63,677 nt of DNA, filler included, from Fonticula-like sp. SCN 57-25 (GCA_001724245.1; 9 parts of 9 records of this genome joined end to end with filler, not necessarily neighbours in it), one strand, 5' to 3'. Positions 24,016-37,746 are shown, counted from the whole stretch's first letter. Translations and numbers: made by a program. Notes: generated by a model not told the origin, from the sequence alone.

Positions 24016-26157
24016 CTAGGCATTGGCGGCGTATGCAGCATCTCTCGCCTTCCTGGACAGTCTAAAGAACGCGAGCCACCAGCACAAGTTGACCGCCGCG
24101 ATGGCGAGGCCGATCGTGTCCACCTGGTACACTGTCAGACCGAGAATGTCATTGGCGTAGCCCGCAAACACCCTTGCCAGGCACGAGCTGAGCGTCATAA
24201 AAGACAGCTCGAGCGCGAAAATGCGGCCGCGCATCGCCGCCGGAAGTGTCTTTTGAAGCACGAGGGCCGCGTAGACCTGCGCGAGGCTCGTGCCGCCCGA
24301 GCGCACGAGGTTGGCCGCGAGAAAGACGTAAAAGTTTCCTACAAAGACGAGCGCAGTGCAGCCGACGACGAGCTGGGAAAGGCCGAAAATCATGACAATT
24401 TGCGTGCCGGCGGGTGTGTCGCGGACGAGTCGACGCGCAAGAATGGGCGTGAAGAGCGTGCCAAAGCCAATGACCATGTACATGATGGCCATCGACATGG
24501 TGCCGTTCTCGCCAATCACAAAGATGGTTTGCGCGAAACGGATATTCATCATATCAATCATACCAAGCGTCTATGAAAGGGTGAGTAAAGTGACAATATG
24601 ATTGAAGAAAGTGCATAATATGAACTGAACACCAGCAAGACCAATGACAACATCAACAATACCAATACCATTATCCATTATTCATTTTCCATTATCATTA
24701 TCAATGTCATTATCAATATTAACGCACCAGCCAGCATGACGCCTTGAATGTACATATGGCAAAAATGTACTTGAAGCTCCACGCGTACTGCAGCCCTTCC
24801 TTGTACGTCCTCATAAGCCGACGCGCATTCGCCCCAAACGACGCGTCCTCTTTTTCCTTTTCCTTTCCCGGCAGCAAATTGGCCGCCGACGGCGTCGCGA
24901 GCATCCTTTCCCGCGGCGGCAAGTCGACCTTTTCCTCCCGATTGAGCAGCTCGGCCTCGCTAGGGCCAACAAGCGACGCAGCAGACGCATTGTCCACGTG
25001 GTCGTCAACATGGTCGATCTGCTCGTCCACGTGGTCGTCTTGCTCGTCTGCCGCGAGCGGCTCGAGCTCAATGTTGGCGGGCGCCTTTTCGGCGCGCAGT
25101 TTAGAGCACGCCGCCATGAGGTCACGTGCGCCGCGGGCCGCCGCGCGAAAGGGCGCGAGCAGGCCGGGCTCTGTCAGCATTCCAAAGCAGTAGGCGCCCA
25201 GGAGGTAGCACATGGTGTCGAGGATAAAGGCGACGGTGACGCCAAAGAGGGACGTGACAAAGCCGCCAAAGGCGGCGCCGATAAAGATCATGCTGCTCCA
25301 GACCATCCCGTCGAGGCCGTTGGCGAGAAGGAGATCTTCCTTGTCGACGAGAGAGAGGACAATGGAAGAGCGCGCGGGGAGGTAAATGGCCCAAAAGATG
25401 GACTTTATCAGAATGAGGAGGTAGATGTACGGCACGGATGCCTCGGTCGTGCACAGGATCAGAAAGGGGATGATCACGGCGCGGCAAAGTGAGGTTCCGA
25501 CCATGATGGTGTGACGATCAAAGCGGTCGACAAAGAGGCCAATGATCGGGCCGAGAAGAACCGACGGCATCGACTGTACAAGCTGATGGCGGCGGCATCA
25601 GCACGCGATCAACGGGCCACGCGGCGTACCGTGTAATACGTGACGGCCATCGCCGTCCCGGAAAGAGACTGAAGAACACTCAGTGTCGCGACAAAGTTAA
25701 ACCTGAAAAAACATTAGAAAGGAAAAGACAATAGAAAAGAGCACACCAGTTGCCCAGCTCGGCAAAGATGTTGCCGAAAAAGATGCTGCGGTACTCGCGA
25801 TTGCGCGCCACCAGCCGAACGTACGGCATGATCAAACCTCTGCGAGGCGGTGCACTCGCCGCGGCATCGGCAGCGCCTCCACTCGACGGAGCACCGGCTT
25901 CCGCATCAGGAAGCCCGTCCCGCTCTTCATCATCACCCAGCTAGCCACACAATGTCAATGACCACCGGCCACACGCCAAGTCGCACCAATGCGTATGTCG
26001 AATTGTTTGATCTCGACAGGATTCTCAAACTACTCTCTGCAAGATCCTCCTCTTCCTCTTCAAACACACGGTCCGGCACGCCCAGCGACACCGGCGCCAC
26101 CAGCGTCACCGCCTCGCTCGGCGGCGCGTCTCGATCCTCCCCCGCGGTCCCTACCAT
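24016..26157 (-). CDS. MFS transporter (DHA3/MFS_3-like), multi-exon
   Basis: RNREYRSIFFGNIFAELGNWFNFVA, GLFVDRFDR, PARSSIV, LQKTLPAAMRGRIFA; many transmembrane segments. Confidence 0.85.
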
Positions 26158-26522
26158 GCGCGGCCCAATGAAACGCCAAAACACACAACCAGGAAGTGGG
26201 ATAGGAAATTTCCAGATTTGAGACCGACCGAAACCGACCATTTTGGTGGTGGGCGCACCCCCGACGACCGACCGCGCGGCGAAGTGCCGTACGGGGNNNN
26301 NNNNNNNNNNNNNNNNNNNNNNNNNNNNNNNNNNNNNNNNTTAATTAATTAANNNNNNNNNNNNNNNNNNNNNNNNNNNNNNNNNNNNNNNNNNNNTGCT
26401 GTGCTGACTGTGCCGTGCTGACTCGGTATGGTGAGAATAACAACACCATCCGATCACAATGAAAATCGCATGCGATTCCCGCTTTGTCTTTCCCTTTTCC
26501 CCCGTGGCGAGGCAGCACCACG

Positions 26523-28295
26523 ATGCTGCGGCATGGAAGCGGTACGTCGGGTTCCCACTGCGGTGTCGCCTGGCGGAGTTTATCCGATCAGCGCACCCGT
26601 GCATTATTTTAACACACAAGGCCGTTTTGCTCACTTGCGTTTCTTTTTTCTCCTCTTCCACAGGACGTGTGTTGTCTTTGACGCGGACCTTGCGGCATGC
26701 GTCGCCATCGCATGTAGCCGCGCGCGCCTTTGCGCCCGCCGGCCAGCTTGCGCACCGCGCTCTCTTTTCTTCCACCGCTCCTATGCTTGCCGGTGGCGGC
26801 TCGTCCCGGAAAGGCGCCAATGATGCCAGCAAGCGCGCTCCCAAGGAGACCGCGAGCGATTCCGGCGACAACGAACAGGAGCTGCGCCTCCAGGACATTA
26901 TCATCCCGCGCAAGCGGCGAGAGGATCCCGAGGACGCCGCCGACTACAGCAAGACCCGCCTCGACGAGGCTGCCCAGCTCAACCGCTTTGTGAGGCTGGG
27001 CAAGTCGACGTTTGACGATCGGTTCTCGGTCCTAAAGTACCCGCAGGGAATCGAAGACTTTGTACGCGCCCGGCATGCGATCCGTGCCCGCTTGCCTGTG
27101 CTCATGCTGAATTTTCTAGTTTCACATTACGGAGACGAACGCGCTGCTGTGCCGCAGTGAAACGCAGGATCTGATTCGTTTTGTACAGCAGAATCCCAAC
27201 AATCCTCTCCGCGTCCTTTTGGGTGCGATCCGCAGGATGAGCCCTGCGCCGCGTGGCTAACCACACAATTTTTTTGTAGATGGCACACGGGGGCACGGCA
27301 AGAGCGTATTGCTATTGCAGCTCGCGCGGCAATGCCTTGTGGACGACTGGATCGTCCTCTACATTCCTCGCTGTACGTCCCTTTTTCATTATTTTTTAGA
27401 GTTTGCCACGTTGGCCATGTCGTTTTTTGATTCAAATTTTCATGTATATTTTCGTTACTTTTCGTCACTTTTCCTTCACTTTTTGCCATTTTTGCCTCAC
27501 TTTCCCCCACTTTCCGCTCATTTTACCACCCTTCTAACCCCCTTTCCAGTGCAACACTTTACGCTACCCGATCTCCAAACCGTCCTTGTTCAGCAGAAAG
27601 GCAAGCCTAACGTGTACATGCACCCCGGCATGTGCAAGCTCATCCTCTCCCAGCTGCGCACCCTCAACGGCGAGCGCCTCTCCGAGGTCGTCCTCCAGTC
27701 CGCCGTCAATGTCCAGTCGACCGAGTTTGTCGCCGGCACGCCCGTCACCGAAGTGATTGACGCGCTCGACGACGAGCAGCTCATGGACGACTCGCTCGCC
27801 CCCTGCGACGTCTTTTCGCGCGTCATGGACGCCCTGGCGGCGCACACCAAGTCGCCCGTGCTGCTCGCCATGGACCAGGTCAACGCGCTGTACAGCGTGA
27901 CGGGCTACCGCAACACGGACGGCGCGCCGCTCTTTGTAAAGTCGTTCCCCGATTTGTACAAGCTGCGCGAGGTCATGAGCGGCGTCACCAAGCTCAAGCG
28001 CGGCGCGGTCGTCGGCGCGTCCAGCTTTAGGGACCCCGGGCTGCAGCGCCTGCCGCCGCGCCTCGAGCAGAGCGTGCACTTTATCATGATGCCGTCAGAG
28101 TTTGTGCAGGAGGAGATGAACGCTTTCCTTCAGCACTGGGCGCACACGGTCGTTGACAGGGAGATGGGCGATAAGGAGTATGGGTTCTCGCAGGAGGACA
28201 GCCCGGCGAATGATATGATTAAGAATTACCACCGGTTATCGCTGTTTACGAATCGCAACCCGGAAAAGGTCATCCACCTCTTGTCGCGCATGTAG
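26523..28295 (+). CDS. DAP3: Mitochondrial ribosomal protein mS29/DAP3/Rsm23, multi-exon
   Basis: Arg-rich targeting peptide, P-loop DGTRGTGKS, WIVLYIP, PVLLAMDQVNAL. Confidence 0.8.
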
Positions 28296-28645
28296 ACAGA
28301 CGGCAATGTGGGTGATATTTAAAGGATGCTTTTCGACTGCTTTTCTTGGTTTCAAAACACACTTTGTACAGGAATTCTTCCCCGCTACGACTCTTCTTTT
28401 TCCCATCTCTTTATCTCGCCTTTATCTCTACGAAAATGAACATGAAGAATGAATGCCGATTCTATCTATATTCCTATATATAATCCAACGGAGAGCAGCG
28501 AATAAACAACAGGACGCACACACAATATGAAAATGAAACCAAAAGTATAATCGAAAACAAACGAAAAGGGACAGAAAAAAAAAGTAAATGCGATGATGAA
28601 AATCGAACGCCGGCGGCCGTTCTCAACCATTAAAAGTGGCGACAG

Positions 28646-30302
28646 TTACTTTTTCGAGCGCCCACTGAGCGCGGCGCGAAGACCGCCCTTGCCCTTCTTG
28701 TGCTCCTCCCTATTGGACAGTTGGACAGTTGTCAGCCAATAGGAAAAGAGGATATAAAAAGGGCGCGTACGAGGCCATCAGCTCGGCAGTCTGGGCGTTG
28801 AGCGATTCAAGCTCGGCGGCGATCGCCTTGTTTTCCTCTTCGATGGCGGCGAGAATGTTTTGGCGTTCGCGGTTGCGCTATTTGGAGGGGAAAAAAAGGA
28901 GAGATTGTGAGCGAAAAAGGGGCAAAAAAGTGTCAAAAAAGTGGCCAAATGACTCAAAAAGTGGCAAGTGGCACAAAAAGTGACACAAAAAGAGTGACAA
29001 TAACTCTCAAAAAGTGACACACAAACTCTCAAACCCCCTCAAATTCTCTCTAATTCTCTCCAAAAACACAAAGAAATTCGTACCAATTCCTCGTTCTTTG
29101 TAAACTCTGCGTCCTTTTCCTTGATAAGCTTTGCATACTTTGCGTTGATCCTCTGCGACTCCTCCTCGAAATGCTTTGCCAAATTGGCGCGCTCCCTCGC
29201 GAGCTTCTCCTGAAAGTCGCTGTCGGCCGGCAGGATCGTCTCCTTGCGGCCCTGCGACTCGAGCAGCTCGGTGCGGTACGCCTCATAGTGCACCTCCTCT
29301 GTCGCGCGCCGCAGCTCGGTGCTGTGCGTCTGCAGCAGATAGTCGCGCAGCTGGCCAAAGTCGCAGTGCTCGGCGTTCTCGACTTCGGCGACGCCCCAGC
29401 GGTACTTGCGGCCGAGCACGGCCTTGCCGTCGACGAGGTGCGTCGTCTCGCTGCCGATCACGGCGAACGGGCCAGAGTGCTGATGCCATCGTCAGCATCA
29501 TCAGCATCATCAGAATCGCCCAAGCACACGCAAAAAACGGGTTATAATGACGTACGTTGTCAAAGGAAAAGATGGAAATGTCGTGCTGCTTGATGCTCGC
29601 CATGACGCGGCTCTTGTAGTCGGTGATCTCCTGCTTGGTCATCGTGTCGGCCTTGGCGATGATCAGGATCACGTTGGTCTTGCGGTGGACGGCCTTGAGG
29701 ACGGCGAGGTCCAGCTCGCGGAGCGAGTGGCCGAGCGGGGGGACAAAGTAGAGGAGCGCGTGGACGCGGCCGTCGGGGAGATTGAGGCTGCGGGATGACT
29801 TTTCCTCCTCAGAGATCACGTAGCGATGCTGCTTATCAATGTAGTCGACGAGCACTTGGACGCTCGATGCGCGGTCATCGGTGAGGCCAAAGCCGGGGGT
29901 GTCGATGACGCTCAGATGGAGACGCACGTCGTCCTCGACGAGATCGAACGCGTTCTCGCGCAGCTGGGCTTCGCGGCGCTGCACGGGGGTCATCGTGTCG
30001 TTCTCAATCAGATGGTTGCGGAAGAGCGTGTTCACAAACGTCGACTTGCCAAGACCGGCATCGCCTAGAAAAAGGAAAGAGAAATTAAGCAACATAATAA
30101 AGGCAAATACGACTAAATAAAAATAAAGTTAACGAGAGGCAAAGAACGTACCGACAAGCATGAGGTTGAGGCGAAAGCCATCGCGCGTCACGCGGGCAAC
30201 ATGGCGCGTGGGGAGCGAATCAAGGCCAAGAGGGCGATTCGTCTGAACGCGCTCGTACTTTGGCTCCGTCCACGGAGAAAGCTGCTCGCCTTGGATATGC
30301 AT
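28646..30302 (-). CDS. Septin with C-terminal coiled coil, multi-exon
   Basis: GFRLNLMLVG-DAGLGKST, IDTPGFG, DGRVHALLYF, IAKADT, GRKYRWGVAEVEN, HYEAYR. Confidence 0.95.
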
Positions 30303-30463
30303 GTCGCTCTTTTGATGACGCGTTAATGCCGCCGGAGCAATTGCAGGTCGGGGCACGCACGCACCAGGGGAGTCGTCAAGCGTGCAGCAAAACAGGCCAC
30401 GTGGATGAAAGAATGCTGGAATTGCGTTGTCAGCGTTTGACCTGTCGGTGGTGTGTCAGCAAA

Positions 30464-31688
30464 ATGTGGCGGGTGCTGCGTGGCGCGGGGCCGCAGGAGC
30501 TGCGCGTTGACACGACGCTCAACTGCGGGCAGGCGTTCCGGTGGGTCGCAACGGGCGAGAATGAATGGACGGGTGAGCTGGCGGGCATGGTGGTGAGCCT
30601 GATGCAGACGCCGACAGAGGTCCACTATTGCGTGCGATCCGATGCGGCACGCACGACCGATGCCGATGTCGAGGATGTCTTGCGGGACTACTTTCAGCTG
30701 GACGTCAACCTGACCAAGCTGTACGCCGACTGGAGCGAGCGCGACGCCGTATTCAAGAAGCGCGCGCAGTCGTTCATGGGCATTCGCATCCTGCGCCAGC
30801 CACCCGTGGAAAACATGATCACTTTTATCTGCTCATCGTGCAACAACATTCCCCGCATCACGTCGATGGTGCGCATCGCGCGCTGCTATTCATTGCTGAT
30901 ACACACTTAATAAGGTTCACAAGCTGTGCAAGCTGTACGGGAAGCCGGCGGGATCGTGGGCGGGTCGCGAGTTCTACTCGTTCCCGCCGATGGAGAGCCT
31001 CTGCGATCCCAGCGTTGACGCGGCGCTCCGCGAGCAGGGGTTCGGCTACCGCGCAAAGTACATTCAGCAGACGGCGCAGCGCGTTGTGAGCGAGCTTGGT
31101 GTGCGCCACGCGAGTGTGGCCGAGTGGCTCATGTCGCTGCGCGAGTTGCCGTACGAGGAGGTGCACGCGGTGCTGTGCAGCCTGCCGGGGATCGGCGCCA
31201 AGGTGGCCGACTGCATATGCCTCATGTCGCTGGTGCGCTGCTTTACCGCTATAAAAAAGGGTGGACTGACGCTGGCGGGCAGGACAAGCGAGGCGCGATC
31301 CCGGTCGACACGCACGTTTGGCAGATCGCCGTGCGCGATTATGCGTTCACGACAGAGAACAAGTCGCTCACGCCGCGGACGTACCGCGCCGTCGGCGACC
31401 TCTTTAGAAGCATACACGGCGAGTATGCGGGCTGGGCGCACTCGGTACGCAAAGCGATGTTGCGCAATGTCGTCTTACGTGTTGCAAAAGGTGCTGTTCA
31501 CGGCGGATCTGAGGCAGTTTGAAGGGAGGAGCGAGGTAAAAGTAGAGCGGCTGTCAAAGGCAGAGGCGGCGGCAAAGTCGCTCAAGAGAGAGCTGGAGCC
31601 GGGCGAGGCCAAACCAAAGGCGGCATCAAGAAAGCAGCCGAGCAAAAAGGTCGCCATCAAGGAGGTCGCCATCAAGGAAGAGGTGTAA
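30464..31688 (+). CDS. OGG1: 8-oxoguanine DNA glycosylase
   Basis: TLNCGQAFRW, GIRILRQ, FICSSCNNIPRI, GFGYRAKYI, HhH motif LPGIGAKVADC, PVDTHVWQIA, YAGWAHS. Confidence 0.95.
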
Positions 31689-31734
31689 GTAAATGGTAAT
31701 AATGTTGTACAGGAATAATGTATTAGTAGCATGT

Positions 31735-32040
31735 CTAGTCAATATTTACATTTTCAATTTCGGCGCGAACGATATGCCGCCCCGGCACAATGATCATCCC
31801 GACGTGCCGCGAAGCCCCTGTTTCACCGCGTTAACGATGGGCCGATCACAAAGTGCACGTACCGTCGCGGTACTCGTCGGTCGCAGAGAGGATGGTATTG
31901 GATTGCCGGTCGATGCATGTAAAGTTGCCGACCAGAATTCGCCCGTCCGTTATTGTTAGCCGCATCCGCGAGTTGAGCCAGCTCCTGAGCTCCTTCACCT
32001 GCTCCGACTCGTCGCCGTGGATCCCGACCTCGTCCGCCAT
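31735..32040 (-). CDS. NAA38: Sm-like NatC auxiliary subunit (Naa38/Mak31/LSMD1)
   Basis: LRSWLNSRMRLTITDGRILVGNFTCIDRQSNTIL, then RHVGMIIVPGRHIV after one intron. Confidence 0.85.
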
Positions 32041-32073
32041 GGCAGCAAGGTTGCAAAATGGAATGAAAGCGTA

Positions 32074-32112
32074 TGATTGGCTGTTGATCTTTATCCATGA
32101 TGCTGATTGGCC
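32074..32112. promoter_or_regulatory. Paired CCAAT boxes (TGATTGG) in the NAA38/ELP1 bidirectional promoter
   Basis: Two copies 30 bp apart. The same motif recurs upstream of genes at 8517, 8558, 9982, 17741, 17765, 20680, 20711, 22506, 23668, 23692 and 23727. Confidence 0.7.
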
Positions 32113-32164
32113 GAGAGCGCTGTCATTCCTTCTCGTCCACATCATGGCGGGCGCCAGCATGGCC

Positions 32165-32882
32165 ATGCGCAGCCTCGTGCTGCTGCATGAGAGCGCCGTG
32201 CCGCTCCCGCAGCCGGCACAGCTTATCACAGTCTATGGCAAGCGGACGATATTTGTCACAGGAAGCGGCTGGCTTCTTCAGTCTGAAGCGCAGACCGCGG
32301 ACGCCATCATGGATGCCTCTGTCGTGCGCCTCCCCGAATTCGAGAGCGACACGCCAGTGAGCGTACAGGATCTCCCCGACAGCGACAGCGTCTGTGTAGG
32401 CTGTGCGAGCGGCAACATCTTTCTCGTCACTTCGGACGGCCTCGTCGAGGTCGCGGGCAGCGTAGACGGCGGCATTCGCGCGATGCAGTGGAGCCCCGAT
32501 GGCGAGGTGTTTGCCGCCGTGACCGGCACCGGCAGCGTGCTCGTGATGACGCGCACCATGGATCTGGTCGCCGACGTCCCGCTCTCCGTCACAGACAAGG
32601 GCGAAGCGTCGTTTGTGAGCGTCGGATGGGGCCGCAAGGAGACGCAGTTTCGCGGTCGTGCTGGCAAGCTCGCCGCCTCTGACACCGACGCCCCTGCTGC
32701 CGCCGCCGCCCCCGCTTCCGCAGACGACGGCTCCGTGCGCATTGCGTGGATGGGCAGCGGCCGCTTTTTCGCCGTCAGTGCCATTGACGAGTCCAACGGC
32801 GCTGCCCCCTCGCGGCGGCGCGCCCGCGTCTTTTCGCGCGACGGCAAGCTTCAGAGCACGAGCGAGGACGCCCTGACCCTCG
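32165..32882 (+). CDS. ELP1: Elongator complex subunit 1, 3'-partial
   Basis: MRSL start, GSVDGGIRAMQWSPDGE, VSVGWGRKETQFRG..GK, RVFSRDG. Confidence 0.93.
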
Positions 32883-32982
32883 NNNNNNNNNNNNNNNNNN
32901 NNNNNNNNNNNNNNNNNNNNNNNNNNTTAATTAATTAANNNNNNNNNNNNNNNNNNNNNNNNNNNNNNNNNNNNNNNNNNNN

Positions 32983-34024
32983 AGACTTTTATGCTCACCG
33001 GCACGGCGAGCGCTACCTTTCCCTTGAGCGCTCGTGGGACGAGCAGCGCGACTGGAACATCAACTTTGCACTCGAGGCGCTTGGCCCCGACCACCCGCTC
33101 ATGCTCGAGTACCTGAATGAGCGCCTGGCCGCTGCTCGCCCGCCGACATCGCTCCCCGATCTGTCGGGGCACCGCCAGCACGCTCTGGACGATATCATTG
33201 ACCACTTTTCCGTGAGCCTCTCGTTTGACGCGCACGGTGGTATTTCCCTGCTCTCTGACGCAGAATCTGGCCGCTCGGCTGCGTCGGCGTCGCACCCGCT
33301 CGCGGCCTTTTCGTACGAGTCGTTCACCGAGGCGGACTTTGACAATTTTATGGAGTCGTACAGTTACTGCCCGTTCCCCGACTGCCCGCAGTGGGCGATC
33401 CTTGATTTTGGCAAGGTCGACCTGGACGTGCGCGCGTCGCCCGTCCACCACCACGTACGTCCGACCATCGAGGGCGTGTATTCCAAGGAGGCCGACGACG
33501 GCCGCCTGCACGTCGTCGCCGTGTCGACCATGCCGAGCGACCTCGTCGTCAATTATGGCGCGCCGAGCTTGGTTTACACCGAGGTCTGGCTCCCCACCAC
33601 GCCGGGCGCGGACATTGACATCCACGTGTCCATGTTTAATAAGACGACGACGCGGCTGCCCGAGACGCTCTGGGTGACGTTCAACCCGGTCGACTCTGGC
33701 GAGCGTCTCGACGAGTGGTCGATGCGCAAGCTCAGCACGGAGCTGTCGCCGCTCAACGTCGTCAACAACGGGAGCAAGCACATGCACAACGTCGAGGCGG
33801 TCGTCGCGCCACGCATCGCCATCACGCCGCTCGACTCGGGCCTCGCGTGCTTTGGAAAGCCGAATGTCTTCCCCGTGCCGCTCGACGAAACCCCGGACGT
33901 CGGCCAGGGAGTCAGCTTTAGCGTCTACAACAACATCTGGGGCACAAACTACGTCATGTGGTACCCGTATCACGATGACGAGCCGCACCTGCGGTCGCGC
34001 TTTGTCGTGTCGCTGAGAGACTGA
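32983..34024 (+). CDS. DUF5054 / GH38-like glycoside hydrolase C-terminal part, 5'-partial
   Basis: SWDEQR, DFGK, NKTTTRLPETLWVTF, GSKHMH, FSVYNNIWGTNYVMWYP. Confidence 0.75.
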
Positions 34025-34114
34025 CACGAAACAGTTTTTTAAATGTAAAAATAGTATATTAGGCGACTCAATACAAAATAAATATAAATACAGCAGTAAA
34101 AGCGAATAATGGGC

Positions 34115-34885
34115 CTAGTTGGCCGTCCGTTTCCCGGCCAGAAGCAGCGTATTCTCCTTCCTGAGCTGGTTCACCGCCTCCTCGGCGCTGGCGAGCGCGC
34201 CCTTCACGTCCTTGACGCCCGTCCACCCCGGCGGCAGCCTCTTTGACGCAAACCGCAAAATAGTGTTCAGCTCGTCCGCCACCAGCTTGAGCGAGTTGTG
34301 CGACTCGTACAGCTTGCGGTGCTGCTGCCAGTCCCGGTCGAGGAAGGTGTTGTCTGCGATCGTGGCGGGGGGCAGTTTGAGGTGATCGGTGGGGCGAGAG
34401 GGCGCCTCGATATGCGCTGTCGTGGAGCCGCCCACCCAGCAGCCGTCAGTGCTCGCCATGCCGTGGAGTGCCGCTTCAAAGAGGCAGCTCATCGAAGCAG
34501 ACGCAGCCAGGAGGCACCCCGAGTGCATCCAAGGAAAGATCCCGCTCGCAAGTTCAGATGGGCTGCGCATGCGTCAGCAAGGAAAAAGACGAGTGCTGGT
34601 GCCGCACGCTACCGTCCGCGACTCGCTCAAGCTCAGAATGTCAGTGGCGCGCTGAAGCGCGTATTCCAACTGCGCGCAGCTGTTGGTAAGGGATGGCAGG
34701 ATCTGTGAAACGTTAGTGGGTCAAATCACGAGAGAGTAGCCGCGTGCCCCAAGCCTATCTCGTAGCAGAGGAACTAGAATGAAAGAATCAGTATTCCTAA
34801 ACAACACTGCGGCGCAGAATATACCTCTCCGCTGATGTTTCCTGCATATCCTTAGAACGTCCGCCCATGGATCCTGACTCGTCAT
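34115..34885 (-). CDS. Hypothetical protein, multi-exon, C-terminal coiled coil
   Basis: 151-aa terminal ORF with coding-like codon bias; upstream exons inferred from GT-AG sites. Confidence 0.5.
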
Positions 34886-35123
34886 GTTGTTGAAACGGAA
34901 CTTGTCATCTGCTGACTGTGCTCTTTGATGCGGCGGCTTCCAGCGGCTTCCGGGCGGCTTAGTTTTGCAATAGTTTTATACTTCGTTGAAATTCAAAAGG
35001 GCAATATAGACACTTGGTAGGGTACATTGTACAACCGAGAATAATAACATGCAACATAAATATATATAGTACTGTATCAACCTTCAAAAATGCTCTATAA
35101 TAGTACAGTCGAACAAAACTTTT

Positions 35124-36172
35124 TTAGACGGAGGGGTCGGCGGCCACCGTCGGCCGCTCGTGAATCTTGCCGGACTCGACGTCGCTCGCCGGGAAAGCGC
35201 GCGCAAACGCAATTGCGTACGCCAGTAATTCCAGGCTCATCACAATGAGTATTGGCTGGGGCGCCCTGGCATCGCTCAGGTGCATCGTGCCGTACTGCTC
35301 GTCGATCTCAAAGCATGTTCGATAGAGGTACGCCGTTTGCCTATGGCGGGGCATTAGTGCCGCGCTAAACAATGGAAGCGTGCCGTACAGGACATTTAAA
35401 AACACCACGATCTTGATTATGCCAAACTTGGCGACGATTCGGTAAGGGCGGAGAAGCGCCGCGGCGAGTGTGTAGAGCACGAGGACCGACGTCATGCACG
35501 ACTGGCGAGCAACCGTATTAGCTCAGCATAAAAAGTAAACAAAGAAAAGTACCACAAGGGAAACGATGCGAATTGACCCAATCGCGACGGTGTACGGGTT
35601 GAACGTGTCCATCAAGGAGGGGTGCACGGCGACCCCGAGTTCCTCCAGCAACAGGCCGCCGATCGACAGCACCGGTTTCAAATAGCAGAATTGGTAGATG
35701 AGCACATGCAGGACTCGCAGCGTCGTCTCGCTGGGCTCAATGGTGATGCGCCGGCCTAGGCGAAGGGGCGACTGCCCTTTCAAGATGCGGCCCGCACTTG
35801 CGTGCCCTCCAAGATACGAGATGATGAGTTCGTAGAATTGGCCCATCACGATGCCCTCATAGCTAGAGAGAGTATGAGCAATAATGCAAATGGAAGCAAG
35901 GTAGGCGGGACGTACGACTCTATGCAGACCATAAAAATAGGCGTTGATTCCGGAAACAGCGCCATGCCAAAGAGCGCAAAGCTCATGACCTGTCACGGTG
36001 TTAACCCTCCGACGATCAACAATGGGCGTCGTACCGGCAGCATCCCCAGCACCCACAGGGTCTGGCGCTGTACGTCGGCCTTTGTATAAACCTTTAGGTG
36101 AGCCTGAAAGTTCTCCCATATGAGAATCATTGGCGTTAGCGCCAGCCCGGCCGCCACGATCGACGCCATCAT
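35124..36172 (-). CDS. TMEM184/organic solute transporter alpha family membrane protein
   Basis: HLKVYTKADVQR..LGMLP, YEGIVMGQFYELI, IYQFCYLKP, KFGIIKIVVFL. Confidence 0.85.
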
Positions 36173-36423
36173 GTCGTGGTGGGCACTTGAGGGGCAGCCA
36201 AAGTGCAATGACGAATTTTGCAATGATATGCCTTATGGTGCCACGGAAAGGCCATAGCACCAGTGCATTCTATGCTATCATACTAATACGTCATAGTACA
36301 CCGCACCACAGTGTACGCAAGCGTGTTTGCCATATCAAAAGAGGAATTTTATTCCGAAACGTATAGATGAAGGCGATAAAAAAACGTCTGAAGGGGACAA
36401 ACTAAAGAGCAACGCGCGCAGTC

Positions 36424-37549
36424 TTACTTGGACGACAGCTCGCTGGCGATCTTGTAGGTGAGAATTTTGTTCCAGTCCACCTTTGTGCGAGTGATGGGGA
36501 GCGCGCGCCGGAGAGCCTTGAAGGTGGTGTCTGAAAGCGCGGCGTACGACTCATTGAGCGCCTGCTGGTAGTCAGCCTCGGCCTTCTTAATGTTCTTGAT
36601 CAACTCGGCAGGGTTCTGTAAGCGCGCGTCAGCATCGACCGCGCAAAGGGCAAAGGGAACGGACCGAAAGGTTGCCCTGGAACTCGACCTTCTTCTCGGT
36701 CTGGAGCTGAACGTTGCCGTCCTCGTAGTAGTGGACCTGCGCGCGGAGGACGCCCTTGGCGTTTCCGCTCGCGTCAATGGTCCATTGTGAGCGCCAGCGA
36801 CCGTTCCTGCACGGCGAGTTAGCAAGGTATATCACCAAATCGTAGGCACGCACCAGTAGTTGCGGGGGTTGTACTTGTTGCCCACAATCGTGATGACAAT
36901 GTTGTCAGTGTGGCCAAAGGTCGTCGCCACGCCCGTCGGGAAGTGCTCCGCCACGTAGCTCTGCACAGCAGTATCAATGGCGGCGCTGGAAACACAAAGA
37001 GTCAGCCAGGAGTCGGCCCGAAAAAGTGCGCGGCGTCGGGAAAACATACCGGTGGCTGTTGTCCGAACCGTCGAACGCGGACGGGTCCGAGGCAACCTGG
37101 AGCGCGCAAAATAAGTCGCCGAAAAAAATCTGGCATTAAACGCACCTGGCGCATGTGGTCAAACGAAAAGACCTCCTGCGAGCGGGGGTCGATGAAGCGG
37201 CCCGCCTCGATTTGGCCAGCCGCGCACACGATCACCTACAGGCGCACAAGGGTCAGCTACTCCACCGCGCAGCGTCTTTTAGCGTACCTTGTAGTTCTTG
37301 CCGGGCATATCGACCGGCGTGAACTGCTCCATGTTGTACTCCTGGACGGCCGGGGCCACACCGCGCTGCAGGAGGCCATCGTCGCCGACAAGCACACGAA
37401 CATCTGCGCAAATGCCCGGCAGGTCAGCTAAAAAGTTTCAAATAAAAGAGGCCCCGAGACGAACCGTTAAAGACGTCGTTGAACTCGCCCGGAGGGCTGT
37501 GCATCAGATAGTCCGACACAATGCGGATCTTCTCCTCGTCGGTGGCCAT
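36424..37549 (-). CDS. CAPZA: F-actin capping protein alpha subunit, multi-exon
   Basis: [54 protein letters not shown]. Confidence 0.97.
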
Positions 37550-37746
37550 GGCTCTTCGATTTCGTTTGCCTCCGAATCAATAGGAAAAAAAGGGAAACAA
37601 AAAAAACACACAAAAGGGGACGTAACGGGGTGGCAAAATATGTCACCTCGCTCAGTGATCCAGGATGTGCCCCCCCATTCCAATTAATGGAATGCTGTCT
37701 GAGATTGTGCCGACTCTGCCCCTGACAAATCGCTGGTGCGCCCGAG

